Below are positions 33,175 to 42,857 of a stretch of 64,000 nucleotides of DNA, one piece after another. The position numbers and the translations under genes were made by a program. Positions within the stretch are counted from its first letter, which is position 1. The number at the start of each line of letters is the position of its first letter. The notes below the pieces were generated by a model. The model searched no databases, had not been told where the DNA came from, and worked only from the letters and a program-made list of their open reading frames with translations. This stretch comes from Candidatus Marinacidobacterales bacterium (GTDB taxonomy: Bacteria; Acidobacteriota; Vicinamibacteria; Marinacidobacterales; SMYC01), in the NCBI GenBank assembly GCA_965237955.1, contig OZ250169.1:1696001-1760000 (forward strand), given 5' to 3'.

Positions 33175-34975
33175 ATGTCGTCCGATGAAACGCCTGCATC
33201 CTACCGTTATCAACAAGCCCTCGGACCACTCGCTCGGTGCATCGAGGACCCCAAAGCGCAGAAAAAACTCTCGGAGGTTCTGGCACTTCTCGACTTCAAC
33301 TCCACGCTGAACCGCTCGCTCGAGCTTTCCGAGATCCTCGATCTCGTTCTGTTCGTCGCCATGGGCGAGACACGAGCGAGCTGGGCGGGAGTGTTGTTGC
33401 GGGAGAACGAGGGGCCACTGAGAACGCCAACGCCAACGCCAATGCCAACGGCCACGCGTCGCGGTCGAAGCGATGACCGATGGAGTGCGCTCGAGATTCC
33501 CGGGCCGGCAAGCCCGCCCGCGATCGCGGGCGTCGGTGACGAAGACGTGAGCGTTTGGGCGCGCGACGTCTTGACCGCATCAGGTGCCGCGCTCCTGGTG
33601 CCGCTCGTGAAAGCCGAACGCCTCGTAGGTGTGCTGCTCCTGGGCGATAGAGGCGAGCCGTACGGAGCCGAGGAGCGTTTGTTCGCGGAATCGGCTTTGC
33701 GTTTCCGCGGCAGCCGCGATCGACAACGGCCGCGTTTACGAGGAGGTTCAGCGCCTCAACCAGCGTTTGTCGCTGAAGGTCTATCAGCTCGACTCTCTGT
33801 TCGATATCACCCGCGAGCTCAATCGCAGTCCCGATGTCTCCAGAGTTCGCGAAGTGCTCCTCACCAACGCGATGGGTCACGTCCTCACGACGCGCGCGTT
33901 GATGTTGCACGATGGTCGTGTCGTGGAGCAAAGAGGGTGCACGTTGACGCCCGAGGACCGAGCGCGCCTCGAAGCCGGCAGCCACAAGCTCGCGGAGCTC
34001 GCGGACGAGAGCTCTCTCGCCGAGCTTCCCGAGGGAGAAGTGCGCGATATCCTGCGCCGTCTCGGCATCGATACCGTGACCCCGCTGCGATCGGGCGAGA
34101 GCTCCCATGGAGCGCTTCTTCTCGGGCCCCGAGCTTCTGGAAAACCGTCGGCTGACGACGATCGCGATTTTCTGCGTTCGCTCGTATCGCAAGCGGCAGC
34201 GGCGCTCGATAATTTGAGGCTTACTCGCGAGTTCGTCGAAAAGCAGAAGATCGAAAAGGAAATGGCCATCGCGCGCCGCATCCAGCGAACGCTCCTACCC
34301 CAAAGCGAGCCCGGGATCGACGGCTGGGACATCGGCCGGGATCAACATCCCGTGTCTCACCGTCGGCGGAGACTACTTCGACTACGTCGACCGTGGTGGC
34401 GGCAAGCATTGGTTGGTGATCGCGGACGTTTCCGGCAAAGGAACAGGCGCAGCTCTTCTGATGGCATCGGTTCAGGCGGCGCTCCACGCGCTCGCGGGGC
34501 TCGGGGAGATTTCGCTCGAGGCGCTGGCCGAGCGGTTGAACGAGATCGTTTATTCGAGCACCGAGGGCAATCGCTACGTGACCGCGTTTTTTGCCATGGT
34601 GGATGCGCCCACGGAGAAACGACGTTCGTCAACGCCGGCCATTGTTTTCCGGTGTTGTTGCGCGGCAACGGCACCGTGGAGCGCCTCGAGGAAGGCGGCC
34701 CCGTGATTGGGCTCCTTCCGAAGATATCGCTGACGTCGGGACGGACGCGCCTCGATTCCGGAGATCTACTCGTTCTCTACACCGACGGCCTGTCGGAAAC
34801 GAGCAGTCCCGATGGCGAAGAGTTCGAGGAGGAGCGCATTATCGAGATCATGCGCGAGAGCGTTTCTAAGCCCTCACGTGAGATCATGGCGACGCTCCTG
34901 TCCCGCGTTCGTGTTTTTGCGGCGGAGGCGGGTTTGGCAGATGATTTGACGTTGATGGTCGTGCAGAGAACCTAG
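33175..34975 (+). CDS. GAF-domain PP2C/SpoIIE phosphatase (RsbU-like); frameshifts near 33695, 34335, 34620
   Basis: Two GAF-like domains, ARRIQRTLLP, VGGDYFD, IADVSGKG, NAGH, YTDGLSE, DDLTL across frames. Confidence 0.88.
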
Positions 34976-36379
34976 ATGACACAGTTGAAGCTCACGAACA
35001 CTCTTGGGGGAAAGCTCGAGCCGTTCGAGCCGATCGAAGACGGATACGTCCGCATGTACACCTGCGGGCTCACCGTCTACAACCGCGGGCACATCGGAAA
35101 TTTTCGAACCTTCGTCTCCCAGGACATCTTGAGGCGCTATCTCCAGTACAAAGGTTTCAACGTCACCCAGGCGATGAACTTCACCGACGTGGACGACAAG
35201 ACGATTGCCGGAGCGAGGGAGGCCGGCGTCGGACTTCGCGAGTACACCCAGACCTACATCGACTACTTCTTCGAGGATTGCAAGACCCTCAACATTCAAA
35301 AGGCGGAGCACTACCCGCGCGCGACCGACCAGAAGTACCTCGATGCGATGGTCGCGCTCGTCCAAAAGCTCGAAGAGCGCGGGCACACGTATCGAAGCGA
35401 CGGCTCGGTTTACTTCAAAGTGGACTCGTTGCCGGACTACGGAAAACTCTCGCGCGTCGACGTCCGTGGCATGAAGGCCGGCGCTCGCGTCGATTCCGAC
35501 GAGTACGAGAAAGAGAACGCGCGGGACTTCGTCTTATGGAAAAGCCCGAAAGACGGCGAAGTTTCCTGGGATACGGCGATTGGTCCCGGGCGTCCGGGGT
35601 GGCATCTCGAATGTTCGGCGATTAGCATGATGATTCTCGGCGAGACCTTCGACCTTCACGCCGGGGGTGTCGATCTCATCTTCCCGCACCACGAAAACGA
35701 GATCGCACAAAGTGAAGGTGCCACCGGAAAGCCGTTCGTCCGGCACTGGATGCACTCCGAGTTTCTTCTCGTCGAAGGCGAGAAGATGTCCAAGTCCAAA
35801 GGAAATCAGTTCACGGTGAAAGACCTTTTGGACGAAGGCTACTCGGCGATGGCGATCCGTTACTTGTTGCTCTCGGTCTACTATCGCCAGCAGCTCAACT
35901 TCACCCGTGACGGGCTCGCGCAGGCGGCGACCGCCATCCGGCGCGTGGACGACTTCCTCGACCGCCTCGGCGAGGTGAAACGCGATGGCGAGGCGTCGGA
36001 TGAGACCAAAGAGGCGGTGGCGAGCGGTCTCGAGCGGTTCGAGGCCGCGATGGACGACGACTTGAATACGTCTGCCGCACTCGCCGCACTTTTCGACCTC
36101 GTCAAGGGAGGGAACACCGCACTTTCTTCGTCTAATGTAACCAAGGGGGATGCGGAAGCGTTCCGCGAGGCCGTCGAGCGCATGAACTCGGTCTTCGGTG
36201 TTTTCGGCCGTAGCGAGAGGCTCACCCTGGACGAAGAAGTCGAAAAGCTAATCCAGGAGCGCAGAGACGCCCGAGCGAACCGCGATTTCGCCCGATCCGA
36301 CGAGATCCGCGACGAGCTCGATGCGCGCAATATCGTCCTGGAGGACACCCCCTCGGGGACACGTTGGCGACGAAAGTAA
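34976..36379 (+). CDS. cysS: Cysteinyl-tRNA synthetase
   Basis: YTCGLTVY, HIGN, GRPGWHLECS, FPHHENE, KMSKS. Confidence 0.97.
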   Translation: MTQLKLTNTLGGKLEPFEPIEDGYVRMYTCGLTVYNRGHIGNFRTFVSQDILRRYLQYKGFNVTQAMNFTDVDDKTIAGAREAGVGLREYTQTYIDYFFEDCKTLNIQKAEHYPRATDQKYLDAMVALVQKLEERGHTYRSDGSVYFKVDSLPDYGKLSRVDVRGMKAGARVDSDEYEKENARDFVLWKSPKDGEVSWDTAIGPGRPGWHLECSAISMMILGETFDLHAGGVDLIFPHHENEIAQSEGATGKPFVRHWMHSEFLLVEGEKMSKSKGNQFTVKDLLDEGYSAMAIRYLLLSVYYRQQLNFTRDGLAQAATAIRRVDDFLDRLGEVKRDGEASDETKEAVASGLERFEAAMDDDLNTSAALAALFDLVKGGNTALSSSNVTKGDAEAFREAVERMNSVFGVFGRSERLTLDEEVEKLIQERRDARANRDFARSDEIRDELDARNIVLEDTPSGTRWRRK

Positions 36380-36762
36380 TCGACGACCTGATTTGCAGGT
36401 GGCGCGCCCGGAGCAATCTTGGCCAGCGCGGCGAAGCTCTCGCCGCCAAAGAGCGGAAACGACGCGGCTACGAGATTCTCGAGCGGCGCTGGCGTTGCCG
36501 CTTTGGCGAAATCGATATCGTGGCCCGGGATGGCGATACCGTCGTGGTCGTCGAGGTCAAAACCCGTACCCGCAATGACCATTTCCGCTCAGTGGATGCG
36601 GTCGACGCCAAGAAGCAACGGAAGCTGATCCAGCTCGCGAAAGCCTATGTTCGAGCCCACCTCGAAGGCGACGTCACCGTCCGGTTCGATGTCGTGGGCA
36701 TCACGAAGGCTCCCCAAAAACGTCCGAAAATAGAGCACATCCGCAATGCGTTCGAAGCGTGA
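36364..36762 (+). CDS. yraN: YraN family endonuclease-like protein
   Basis: LGQRGE, GEIDIVA, VEVKTR, RFDVV, HIRNAF. Confidence 0.9.
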   Translation: MATKVIDDLICRWRARSNLGQRGEALAAKERKRRGYEILERRWRCRFGEIDIVARDGDTVVVVEVKTRTRNDHFRSVDAVDAKKQRKLIQLAKAYVRAHLEGDVTVRFDVVGITKAPQKRPKIEHIRNAFEA

Positions 36763-36766
36763 CATT

Positions 36767-36795
36767 TTGACAAACCTTTATCCACGTGCTACATA
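36767..36795 (+). promoter_or_regulatory. Sigma70 promoter for tRNA-Gly/tRNA-Cys
   Basis: TTGACA-N17-TACATA, 22 nt upstream of tRNA-Gly. Confidence 0.6.
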
Positions 36796-36817
36796 TAGCG
36801 TTTGCCCGTTGGTCTGG

Positions 36818-36892
36818 GCGGGACTAACTCAGTGGTAGAGTGCGACCTTGCCAAGGTCGAAGTCGCGGGTTCGAATCCCGTGTCCCGCTCCA
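36818..36892 (+). tRNA. tRNA-Gly(GCC)
   Basis: GCGGGAC/GTCCCGC acceptor stem, anticodon arm GACCT-TGCCA-AGGTC, GGTTCGAATCC, CCA end. Confidence 0.96.
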
Positions 36893-36928
36893 ACTAACGT
36901 CTTCCAGAACGCTCACCGACACGGTTCC

Positions 36929-37004
36929 GGCGGCGTAGCCAAGTGGCCAAGGCGGAGGTCTGCAAAACCTCTATTCGGCGGTTCGAATCCGCCCGCCGCC
37001 TCCA
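36929..37004 (+). tRNA. tRNA-Cys(GCA)
   Basis: GGCGGCG/CGCCGCC acceptor stem, GAGGT-CTGCAAA-ACCTC, GGTTCGAATCC, CCA end. Confidence 0.96.
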
Positions 37005-37006
37005 AT

Positions 37007-37031
37007 TTTCACCGAGCGAAGCTCGGTGAAA
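37007..37031. terminator. Perfect 11-bp hairpin after tRNA-Cys (possible bidirectional terminator)
   Basis: TTTCACCGAGC-GAA-GCTCGGTGAAA. Confidence 0.6.
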
Positions 37032-37179
37032 TTTGCCCGCCGTAGCCTAGAAATCCAAACGAATAGATGAGTGCAATGACTTCGTAAACGCCAAGCTTTC
37101 CTGTTTCCAGCGACATGGTCCCAGGCCGTGATTGTAGTTCGCTATGACTCGAAGGTTCAAAGGCGAGAACGGTCGGTCG

Positions 37180-37572
37180 TCACGACTCGCGAGCGGCGAT
37201 CCGTTGACGAAACCAGATCGTGAGCGGCTCGATGTCGATGTTCCCGCGAGCGACCTCCATGGTGACGTCCTCGAGCTCCTTCGGTGTGATGTTGGCGGTC
37301 CAATCATTCAGTTCGATGAACACGAGAGCCGCGTGTGCGCCGACGCGTTTGTTTCCGTCAACGAACGGATGATTGGCGACGAGCGCGTGCATCAGGGCAG
37401 CCGCCTTCGCCGCCACGTCGGCATACAAGTCCTCGCCGCCGAATGTCATCGCTGGTCGCGCGATCGCGGCGTCGAGCGCCCTTGAATCCCGGCATCCCGC
37501 GCTTCCGCCGTAGTATTCGATCTGAACTCTGTGGAGCTCCTCGATCTGCTCGATCGAGAGACAGAGGATCAC
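37180..37572 (-). CDS. doc: Doc-family (Fic fold) toxin
   Basis: HPFVDGNKRVG motif; GTG start overlaps the antitoxin stop. Confidence 0.9.
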   Translation of the reverse strand: MILCLSIEQIEELHRVQIEYYGGSAGCRDSRALDAAIARPAMTFGGEDLYADVAAKAAALMHALVANHPFVDGNKRVGAHAALVFIELNDWTANITPKELEDVTMEVARGNIDIEPLTIWFRQRIAARES

Positions 37573-37817
37573 TATTTCGCCAGTTTCTCGAACGCCTTGT
37601 CGTATTTCTTTCGAACCCTTTCTGCGACCCGCTCGAATCGGTTCGTGACCTTGCCATCTTCGAAGTACTTCACGCCGGCTCGGATGATGACCGCGCCCGT
37701 TGTCGGATGGATGGCGACGTCGACCGATTCTCCCTTTTGGAGCTCGAACTCCTTGACGATTTCGGCGGGCAATGTCACGGCGAGTGACTGGCCGATCTGC
37801 ACCAGTTTTCGCTTCAT
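37572..37817 (-). CDS. AbrB/MazE-family antitoxin
   Basis: RKLVQIGQSLAVTLP; C-terminal KYDKAFEKLAK; directly upstream of doc. Confidence 0.88.
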   Translation of the reverse strand: MKRKLVQIGQSLAVTLPAEIVKEFELQKGESVDVAIHPTTGAVIIRAGVKYFEDGKVTNRFERVAERVRKKYDKAFEKLAK

Positions 37818-37875
37818 ATATATTTAATACGGTTCTCCTGTCGTTTCGGGGGATCTGATTTGTGTTGGAGGGCAT

Positions 37876-38190
37876 GGCCTATGGACGCTGCCGCGATTGT
37901 GGAAAACGCCGGAAACTCCGGGCGAGAGAGGCGTTTAGGGAAAGGTTGTGAGCACGTACAAACGTGGAGCGGCGTTTTCCACAATCGCTTGGAAAACGCT
38001 TCGCGTTTTCCACGAGCGCCCACAGGCCCCTCCTGATATATATACAAGAAAGATTAATTCATATGGAATAAGGAAGGGGGGGCTCGATTAGTGGAGGCTA
38101 TGGAAAACGCCCTTCCAGGCTTCGAAGAGAACTCAGTCGTGAGCAAGGTCTGAACGACCAGAACCGTGGGGGCGTTTCCCACAGCCTTGT
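37876..38190 (-). ncRNA. Candidate structured element (two homologous hairpin modules) in the ISL3 leader
   Basis: 19-bp perfect stem 37893-37911/37970-37988, 10-bp stem 37990-38012, closing stem 37876-37889/38015-38028, second module ~38095-38188; mismatches are G-U on the minus strand. Confidence 0.45.
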
Positions 38191-38253
38191 CTCCCGCTGA
38201 GGGGCAGTGGCATTTGGTGAGGCCCGTGGGTTGAGAGGGTAAGCCATGTGTAG

Positions 38254-39531
38254 ATGCGCATCGGCGAGAACGCTAGAATCTTTTTTTCCGAAAGAGAAAA
38301 GAGCGTTCCCGCGATGCGCGTTACTACGTTAGTCAACAAGCTCATCGGATTGCAAGGCCTGTGGGTCCGAGGTTTCCACTTCCAGGCGGACAAAGCCAGA
38401 GTGGTGGTGGATGTAGTACCACGGAGGAGGAAGCCTCTGTGCGGGATTTGCGGACGAAAGGTCCGCAAGAACAAAGATCGCTACAATCGCTACTGGCGGC
38501 ACTTGGACCTGTTCGGAGTCCGGACCTATCTTCGCTACTCGATCCGACGAGTGGTATGTCGGCGGTGTGGAGTGGTCAGAGAAAAGGTGCCTTGGGCCGA
38601 CAAGGGAAGCCGCTTTACCAAAAGCTTCGAACAAGAGGTAGCGTGGCTGGCACAGAGGACGGACGTCAGCGCCGTAGCGAACTATTTCCGAGTGACGTGG
38701 CGTTCGGTGCGACGGATCATCCAGCGAGTGGTTGCCGAGCAGCGGGATGAGCGGCGCGAGCTCGATGGATTGCGGGTGATTGGGATGGACGAGATCAGCT
38801 ACCGCAAACGCCACAAGTACTTAACAGTGGTAATAGACCATCTCAGCGGCCGGGTCGTCTGGGCGGGAAAGGAGCGCAAGGCCAAGACGCTGCTGCGGTT
38901 TTTCCGCAAGCTCGGACCACAAAGAGCCGCGGAGCTCGAAGCGGTCAGCATGGACATGTGGGAGCCGTACATAACTGTCGTCGGCAAAAAGGCTCCTCAG
39001 GCACGGGTGATCTTTGACCGCTTCCACATCGTCAAGCATCTGAACGAGGCCGTGGATAAGACCCGGCGCGAGCTGGTGCGCGAGCTCAAAGGGACTGCCC
39101 GGCGCAACCTCAAGAACACCAAGTTTCCCCTTCTCAAGGCCAAACACAACCGCAGCGCGAAAGACAAACGGGTGCTCCGCGAGCAGGTGCGAGCTAATCG
39201 TCGCCTCTACCGCGCCATGCTTCTGCGCGACGACTTCATGGACCTCTACACCTACAAAACCGAGACATGGGCCAAGAAGTTTCTCCGAGGATGGCTGCGG
39301 CGCGCTATGAGCTCGAGGATAGAGCCCGTCAAACGCGCGGCGAAGATGAGCAGCCACTTCGATGGCGTCATCGCGTGGGTCACGTGGAGACTCAGCAACG
39401 GCCGACTCGAAGGAATGAACAACAAAATCAGGCTGCTGAGCCACCGCAGCTTTGGACTCCACTCTGCCGAAGCTCTCATCAGTCTCGTCTACCTAAACTG
39501 TGGCGGTCTCACCCTCGAGAGGATCCACTGA
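38254..39531 (+). CDS. ISL3 transposase (start may be 38314)
   Basis: Zinc finger CGICG...CRRCG, IGMDE, VSMDMWEPY, FDRFHIVK, SNGRLEGMNNKIR. Confidence 0.95.
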   Translation: MRIGENARIFFSEREKSVPAMRVTTLVNKLIGLQGLWVRGFHFQADKARVVVDVVPRRRKPLCGICGRKVRKNKDRYNRYWRHLDLFGVRTYLRYSIRRVVCRRCGVVREKVPWADKGSRFTKSFEQEVAWLAQRTDVSAVANYFRVTWRSVRRIIQRVVAEQRDERRELDGLRVIGMDEISYRKRHKYLTVVIDHLSGRVVWAGKERKAKTLLRFFRKLGPQRAAELEAVSMDMWEPYITVVGKKAPQARVIFDRFHIVKHLNEAVDKTRRELVRELKGTARRNLKNTKFPLLKAKHNRSAKDKRVLREQVRANRRLYRAMLLRDDFMDLYTYKTETWAKKFLRGWLRRAMSSRIEPVKRAAKMSSHFDGVIAWVTWRLSNGRLEGMNNKIRLLSHRSFGLHSAEALISLVYLNCGGLTLERIH

Positions 39532-39724
39532 AATGGCAGGAGAGGCTTTAATACTAACTATCTGGCTGAAGCGCAAGTGCGGAGGGCTGGAAGTGTCCAG
39601 GCCAGCGTGGCGAAAACAGGGCGTCTGGTGTGGTGAAAGCCCCTCATTGCGGCGCACATCGAAAGTCGGGCTCCGGCGCTAGGATTGGGGCGGAATCGAA
39701 TCCAACCAGAACCGGGGGGAAGTC

Positions 39725-42700
39725 GTGAATCGCCGTGAATCGAAGCGTTCGGCTGTGTTCGGCGCCGCTCTCTTGGGTGCCCTAACGATGTTGACGGTCT
39801 CGGGAGTTAGCTCGGCTCAGACGTTCTACATTGCGACGGACGGAGACGATGGGTCCGGAGACGGTTCCATGGGCGCTCCGTGGGCGACGATCACCCATGC
39901 GCTCGACTCGGTATCCGACGACAGCACGATTCTGGTGCGACCCGGCACCTACTTCGGACGTGTCAATCTCCGTGGCACGTTTGCGAACGGTGTCACCGTG
40001 CGCTCGGAGATTCCCTACGACGCGCGCCTTCGCTACGACGCCACCGTGGTCATCTGCTTCTACGGTCAAGGCATCACGCTCGAGGGATTCGATATTGCCC
40101 ATGACGGCCCGGGTGCCGGCGGTCTCGTGATCCAAGTTCAGGATCTGATCGGCGAACCTGGTGGGGCCGACTTCGTCAGCCGCATCACGTTTCGCAACAA
40201 CGTGCTCCACGGCAGCTTCAATAACGACATCCTCAAGATCAATAACGGCGCGGGCAACGTCACCGTCGAGGGAAACATCTTCTACAACCAGACGGGGAGT
40301 GACGAGCACATCGACGTCAATAGCGTTACCGATGTCGTTATTCAAGACAATGTGTTCTTTAACTATTTTTCGGGAAGCGGGCGCGTCAACGACAACAACA
40401 CCAGCGGCTACATCGTCATCAAGGACAGCAATGCCGGTGACGACACGAACCTCGGGAGCGAGCGCATCACCGTCAGGCGCAACGTCTTCCTCAACTGGGA
40501 AGGCTCGACCGGCTCCAACTTCGTGCTGGTGGGCGAGGACGGCCAACCCTTCTACGAAGCTCGAGAAGTCCTGGTCGAGAACAATCTCATGATCGGGAAC
40601 TCGTCCAACGTGATGCGATCGTCGTTCGGGGTCAAGGGGGGCACCGAGATCACGTTCCGGTACAACACGGTCGTAGGCGATCTTCCTTCCCTCGCTTACG
40701 CCATGCGCTTGAACACCGAGGGCTCGAATCTTCCCAACGACGACATCTTTTTCGAGAACAACATCTGGTCGGATCCGACAGGTATGATGGGCGCAGAAAA
40801 TTCGGATCGCCCCAACGATTTTTCCGACACTCCTCCGGACGAAACCATCGACTATCTGCTCGATAGCAATCTGTATTGGAACGGAGGCGCCGCCATTCCG
40901 TCGAATCTGGCCGAGCTCGTGAACTATACGGATGACGTGCGTCGTACGGTTGCCGACCCGCTCGTGCGCGACCCCGCCGGCGTCGTGTTGCCTCGCTACA
41001 TTCCGTTGGCGCAAGATTTCGCCGACGGCTCGACGACGATTCGAGAGGTCTTTGTCAACCTCGTCGATCTCTACGCGGCGGTGGATCCGGCGAGCCCTGT
41101 CATCGATGCCGCCGTCGGAGCGAGCCCGCCAACCGACATTCTCGGCAATCCTCGACCCGTCGGCGCCCGCGCCGATATCGGGGCGTGGGAGCGCCAAAGC
41201 GCGGCGCCGGTGTTCTCGCTCGACGTCACTCGATCCGGAACCGGCGCCGGCTCTGTCTCGAGCGTTCCATCAGGAATCAGCTGCAGCGGAGACTGCTCGC
41301 ACGACTTTACGGCCGACACCTCGGTAACGTTGACCGCGACGCCCGCCCCCGGCTCGGTGTTTGCGGGATGGAGCGGTGACTGTAGCGGTACGGACGTTTG
41401 TGTCGTCTCGATGACAGCGGATCGATCGGTCGACGCCAACTTCACCAGCCTGGGTACTCGAACACTGACGGTCACCACGTCCGGCAGCGGCACGGGGATG
41501 ATCGTGAGTGATCTTCCCGGCATCAGCTGCGGCGGCGACTGCTCGGAGAGTTATCTTCACAGCACCGCGGTGACACTGACAGCGATCTCCACGGGTGGCT
41601 CCACGTTCGTCGAATGGACCGGAGCGTGCAGTGGTAGCGGCGCATGTGTCGTGACCATGACGGATGATCTGGCCGTGGACGCGAGCTTCATCGCAGGCGA
41701 AGCCTACGACTACTCCTATCGCGTCACCGTCGAGAACCTCACCGGAGCTCAGGCGCTCACAGCGCCGGTGGTGGCGACCCACACCGGCCGCGTACGGCTC
41801 TACCGACCGCGACGATCCGCAAGCGCCGAGATCCAGGCGCTCGCCGAGAACGGTGACACGACTCCGCTTTTGACACTGCTTGGCGATGATGCCGGCGTCT
41901 CCGATATCGCCACCGGAGCGACGGGTGCGCTCGTGCCCGCGAGCGATCCAGGGGGGACACTTCTTGACAGCTCGACCAACATTCTCATCGGAGCCGACCG
42001 GCGTGCCAAGTTCCTTTCGGTGGTGTCCATGGTGGTGTGCACGAACGACGGGTTTACCGGACTCAATCGGGTGAGATTGCCGAAGAGCGGCGTCAGCGTG
42101 TATTTCCCCCGTGTCAGCGACGCCGGCACCGAGACTAACACCGAGGACTTCGCCGACCTCGTACCGGCTTGTCAATCCCTCCTTGGGATCGGGTCCGCCG
42201 ACGCGGGCACGCTCGTGAGCAATCCCGCCCTCGCAGAAGGCGGGCGTATCTTTCCGCATGCCGGCGTTGTCGGCGGAGACGACTTGATTCCATCGACCCA
42301 TGGCTGGCTCGACCCGATGGTCCGCGTCACGGTGACGCCTCTCCGCTCGGGCGCGCGTAGGCTCAGAGCCCGGCTGAACGGCAAGCAAGTCGTCGCCCAA
42401 GACGTTGATGGAAACAATACGTTCGTCGACACCCTTGCCAAGGGTACGCTGAATTTGCGATTGCTCGGAGGTGATACGCAGCTCAAGCACACGCTCGTCG
42501 TCCGCCGCATCGATGATGTGACCGAAGCGCACATTCGCGCCGGCCTCCCGAACGAGAACGGCCCGATCGTCGCGACGCTCTACGGGCCGCCCCCCCCCGA
42601 TGGGCGCTTCAACGGTCGATTAGCTCGAAGGAACCTCACCGAAGCCGATCTCGTGGGCCCGTTCGCGGGAGATTTCCCCGGCTTCCTCGCCGCACTCGGA

Positions 42701-42778
42701 AACGGCGAGCTCTACGTGAGTGTCCACACCACCGCGAATCCGGGAGGAGAAATCCGCGGCCAGATCGGCGCTCGGTAG
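39725..42778 (+). CDS. Secreted multidomain protein: beta-helix, two InlB-B-like repeats, spondin_N-like domain, CHRD
   Basis: Signal peptide; FYIATDGDD...PWATITHA; NN-rich beta-helix; ADIGAWE; GISCSGDCS x2; MVVCTNDGFTG, DAGTETNTE; LYVSVHTTANPGGEIRGQI. Confidence 0.85.
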   Translation: MNRRESKRSAVFGAALLGALTMLTVSGVSSAQTFYIATDGDDGSGDGSMGAPWATITHALDSVSDDSTILVRPGTYFGRVNLRGTFANGVTVRSEIPYDARLRYDATVVICFYGQGITLEGFDIAHDGPGAGGLVIQVQDLIGEPGGADFVSRITFRNNVLHGSFNNDILKINNGAGNVTVEGNIFYNQTGSDEHIDVNSVTDVVIQDNVFFNYFSGSGRVNDNNTSGYIVIKDSNAGDDTNLGSERITVRRNVFLNWEGSTGSNFVLVGEDGQPFYEAREVLVENNLMIGNSSNVMRSSFGVKGGTEITFRYNTVVGDLPSLAYAMRLNTEGSNLPNDDIFFENNIWSDPTGMMGAENSDRPNDFSDTPPDETIDYLLDSNLYWNGGAAIPSNLAELVNYTDDVRRTVADPLVRDPAGVVLPRYIPLAQDFADGSTTIREVFVNLVDLYAAVDPASPVIDAAVGASPPTDILGNPRPVGARADIGAWERQSAAPVFSLDVTRSGTGAGSVSSVPSGISCSGDCSHDFTADTSVTLTATPAPGSVFAGWSGDCSGTDVCVVSMTADRSVDANFTSLGTRTLTVTTSGSGTGMIVSDLPGISCGGDCSESYLHSTAVTLTAISTGGSTFVEWTGACSGSGACVVTMTDDLAVDASFIAGEAYDYSYRVTVENLTGAQALTAPVVATHTGRVRLYRPRRSASAEIQALAENGDTTPLLTLLGDDAGVSDIATGATGALVPASDPGGTLLDSSTNILIGADRRAKFLSVVSMVVCTNDGFTGLNRVRLPKSGVSVYFPRVSDAGTETNTEDFADLVPACQSLLGIGSADAGTLVSNPALAEGGRIFPHAGVVGGDDLIPSTHGWLDPMVRVTVTPLRSGARRLRARLNGKQVVAQDVDGNNTFVDTLAKGTLNLRLLGGDTQLKHTLVVRRIDDVTEAHIRAGLPNENGPIVATLYGPPPPDGRFNGRLARRNLTEADLVGPFAGDFPGFLAALGNGELYVSVHTTANPGGEIRGQIGAR

Positions 42779-42857
42779 TGCTTAGATTGAGTCACTTCCC
42801 CAAGGAGATTTGTCGTACTCGGTCGTTGTAGGATGTTCCGGCTTTTGGAGGGACCCT

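Larger units (their letters stand above)
37831..39546 (+). mobile_element. ISL3-family insertion sequence, complete copy
   Basis: IRL GGTTCTCCTGTCGTTTCGGGGGATC vs IRR (reverse complement) GCCTCTCCTGCCATTTCAGTGGATC, 19/25 match; 8-bp direct repeat TTTAATAC at 37823-37830 and 39547-39554. Confidence 0.95.

Noticed and set aside
24636-34975. Cluster of frameshifts in comEC, TPR, DUF4388 and rsbU-like genes as programmed frameshifting or true pseudogenes
   Set aside because: Most are single extra or missing bases in short homopolymers (aaggga, atttct, tcggct, atcggcc) with no in-frame stops or slippery heptamers; long-read indel error is most likely, though unproven without reads
36778-36786. 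DnaA-box-like TTATCCACG in the tRNA promoter spacer
   Set aside because: Single imperfect match with no box cluster or origin context
37814-38047. 77-aa minus-strand ORF in the ISL3 leader
   Set aside because: Its length and C-terminus depend on flanking DNA in each copy and it runs through palindromic sequence; a structural explanation fits better
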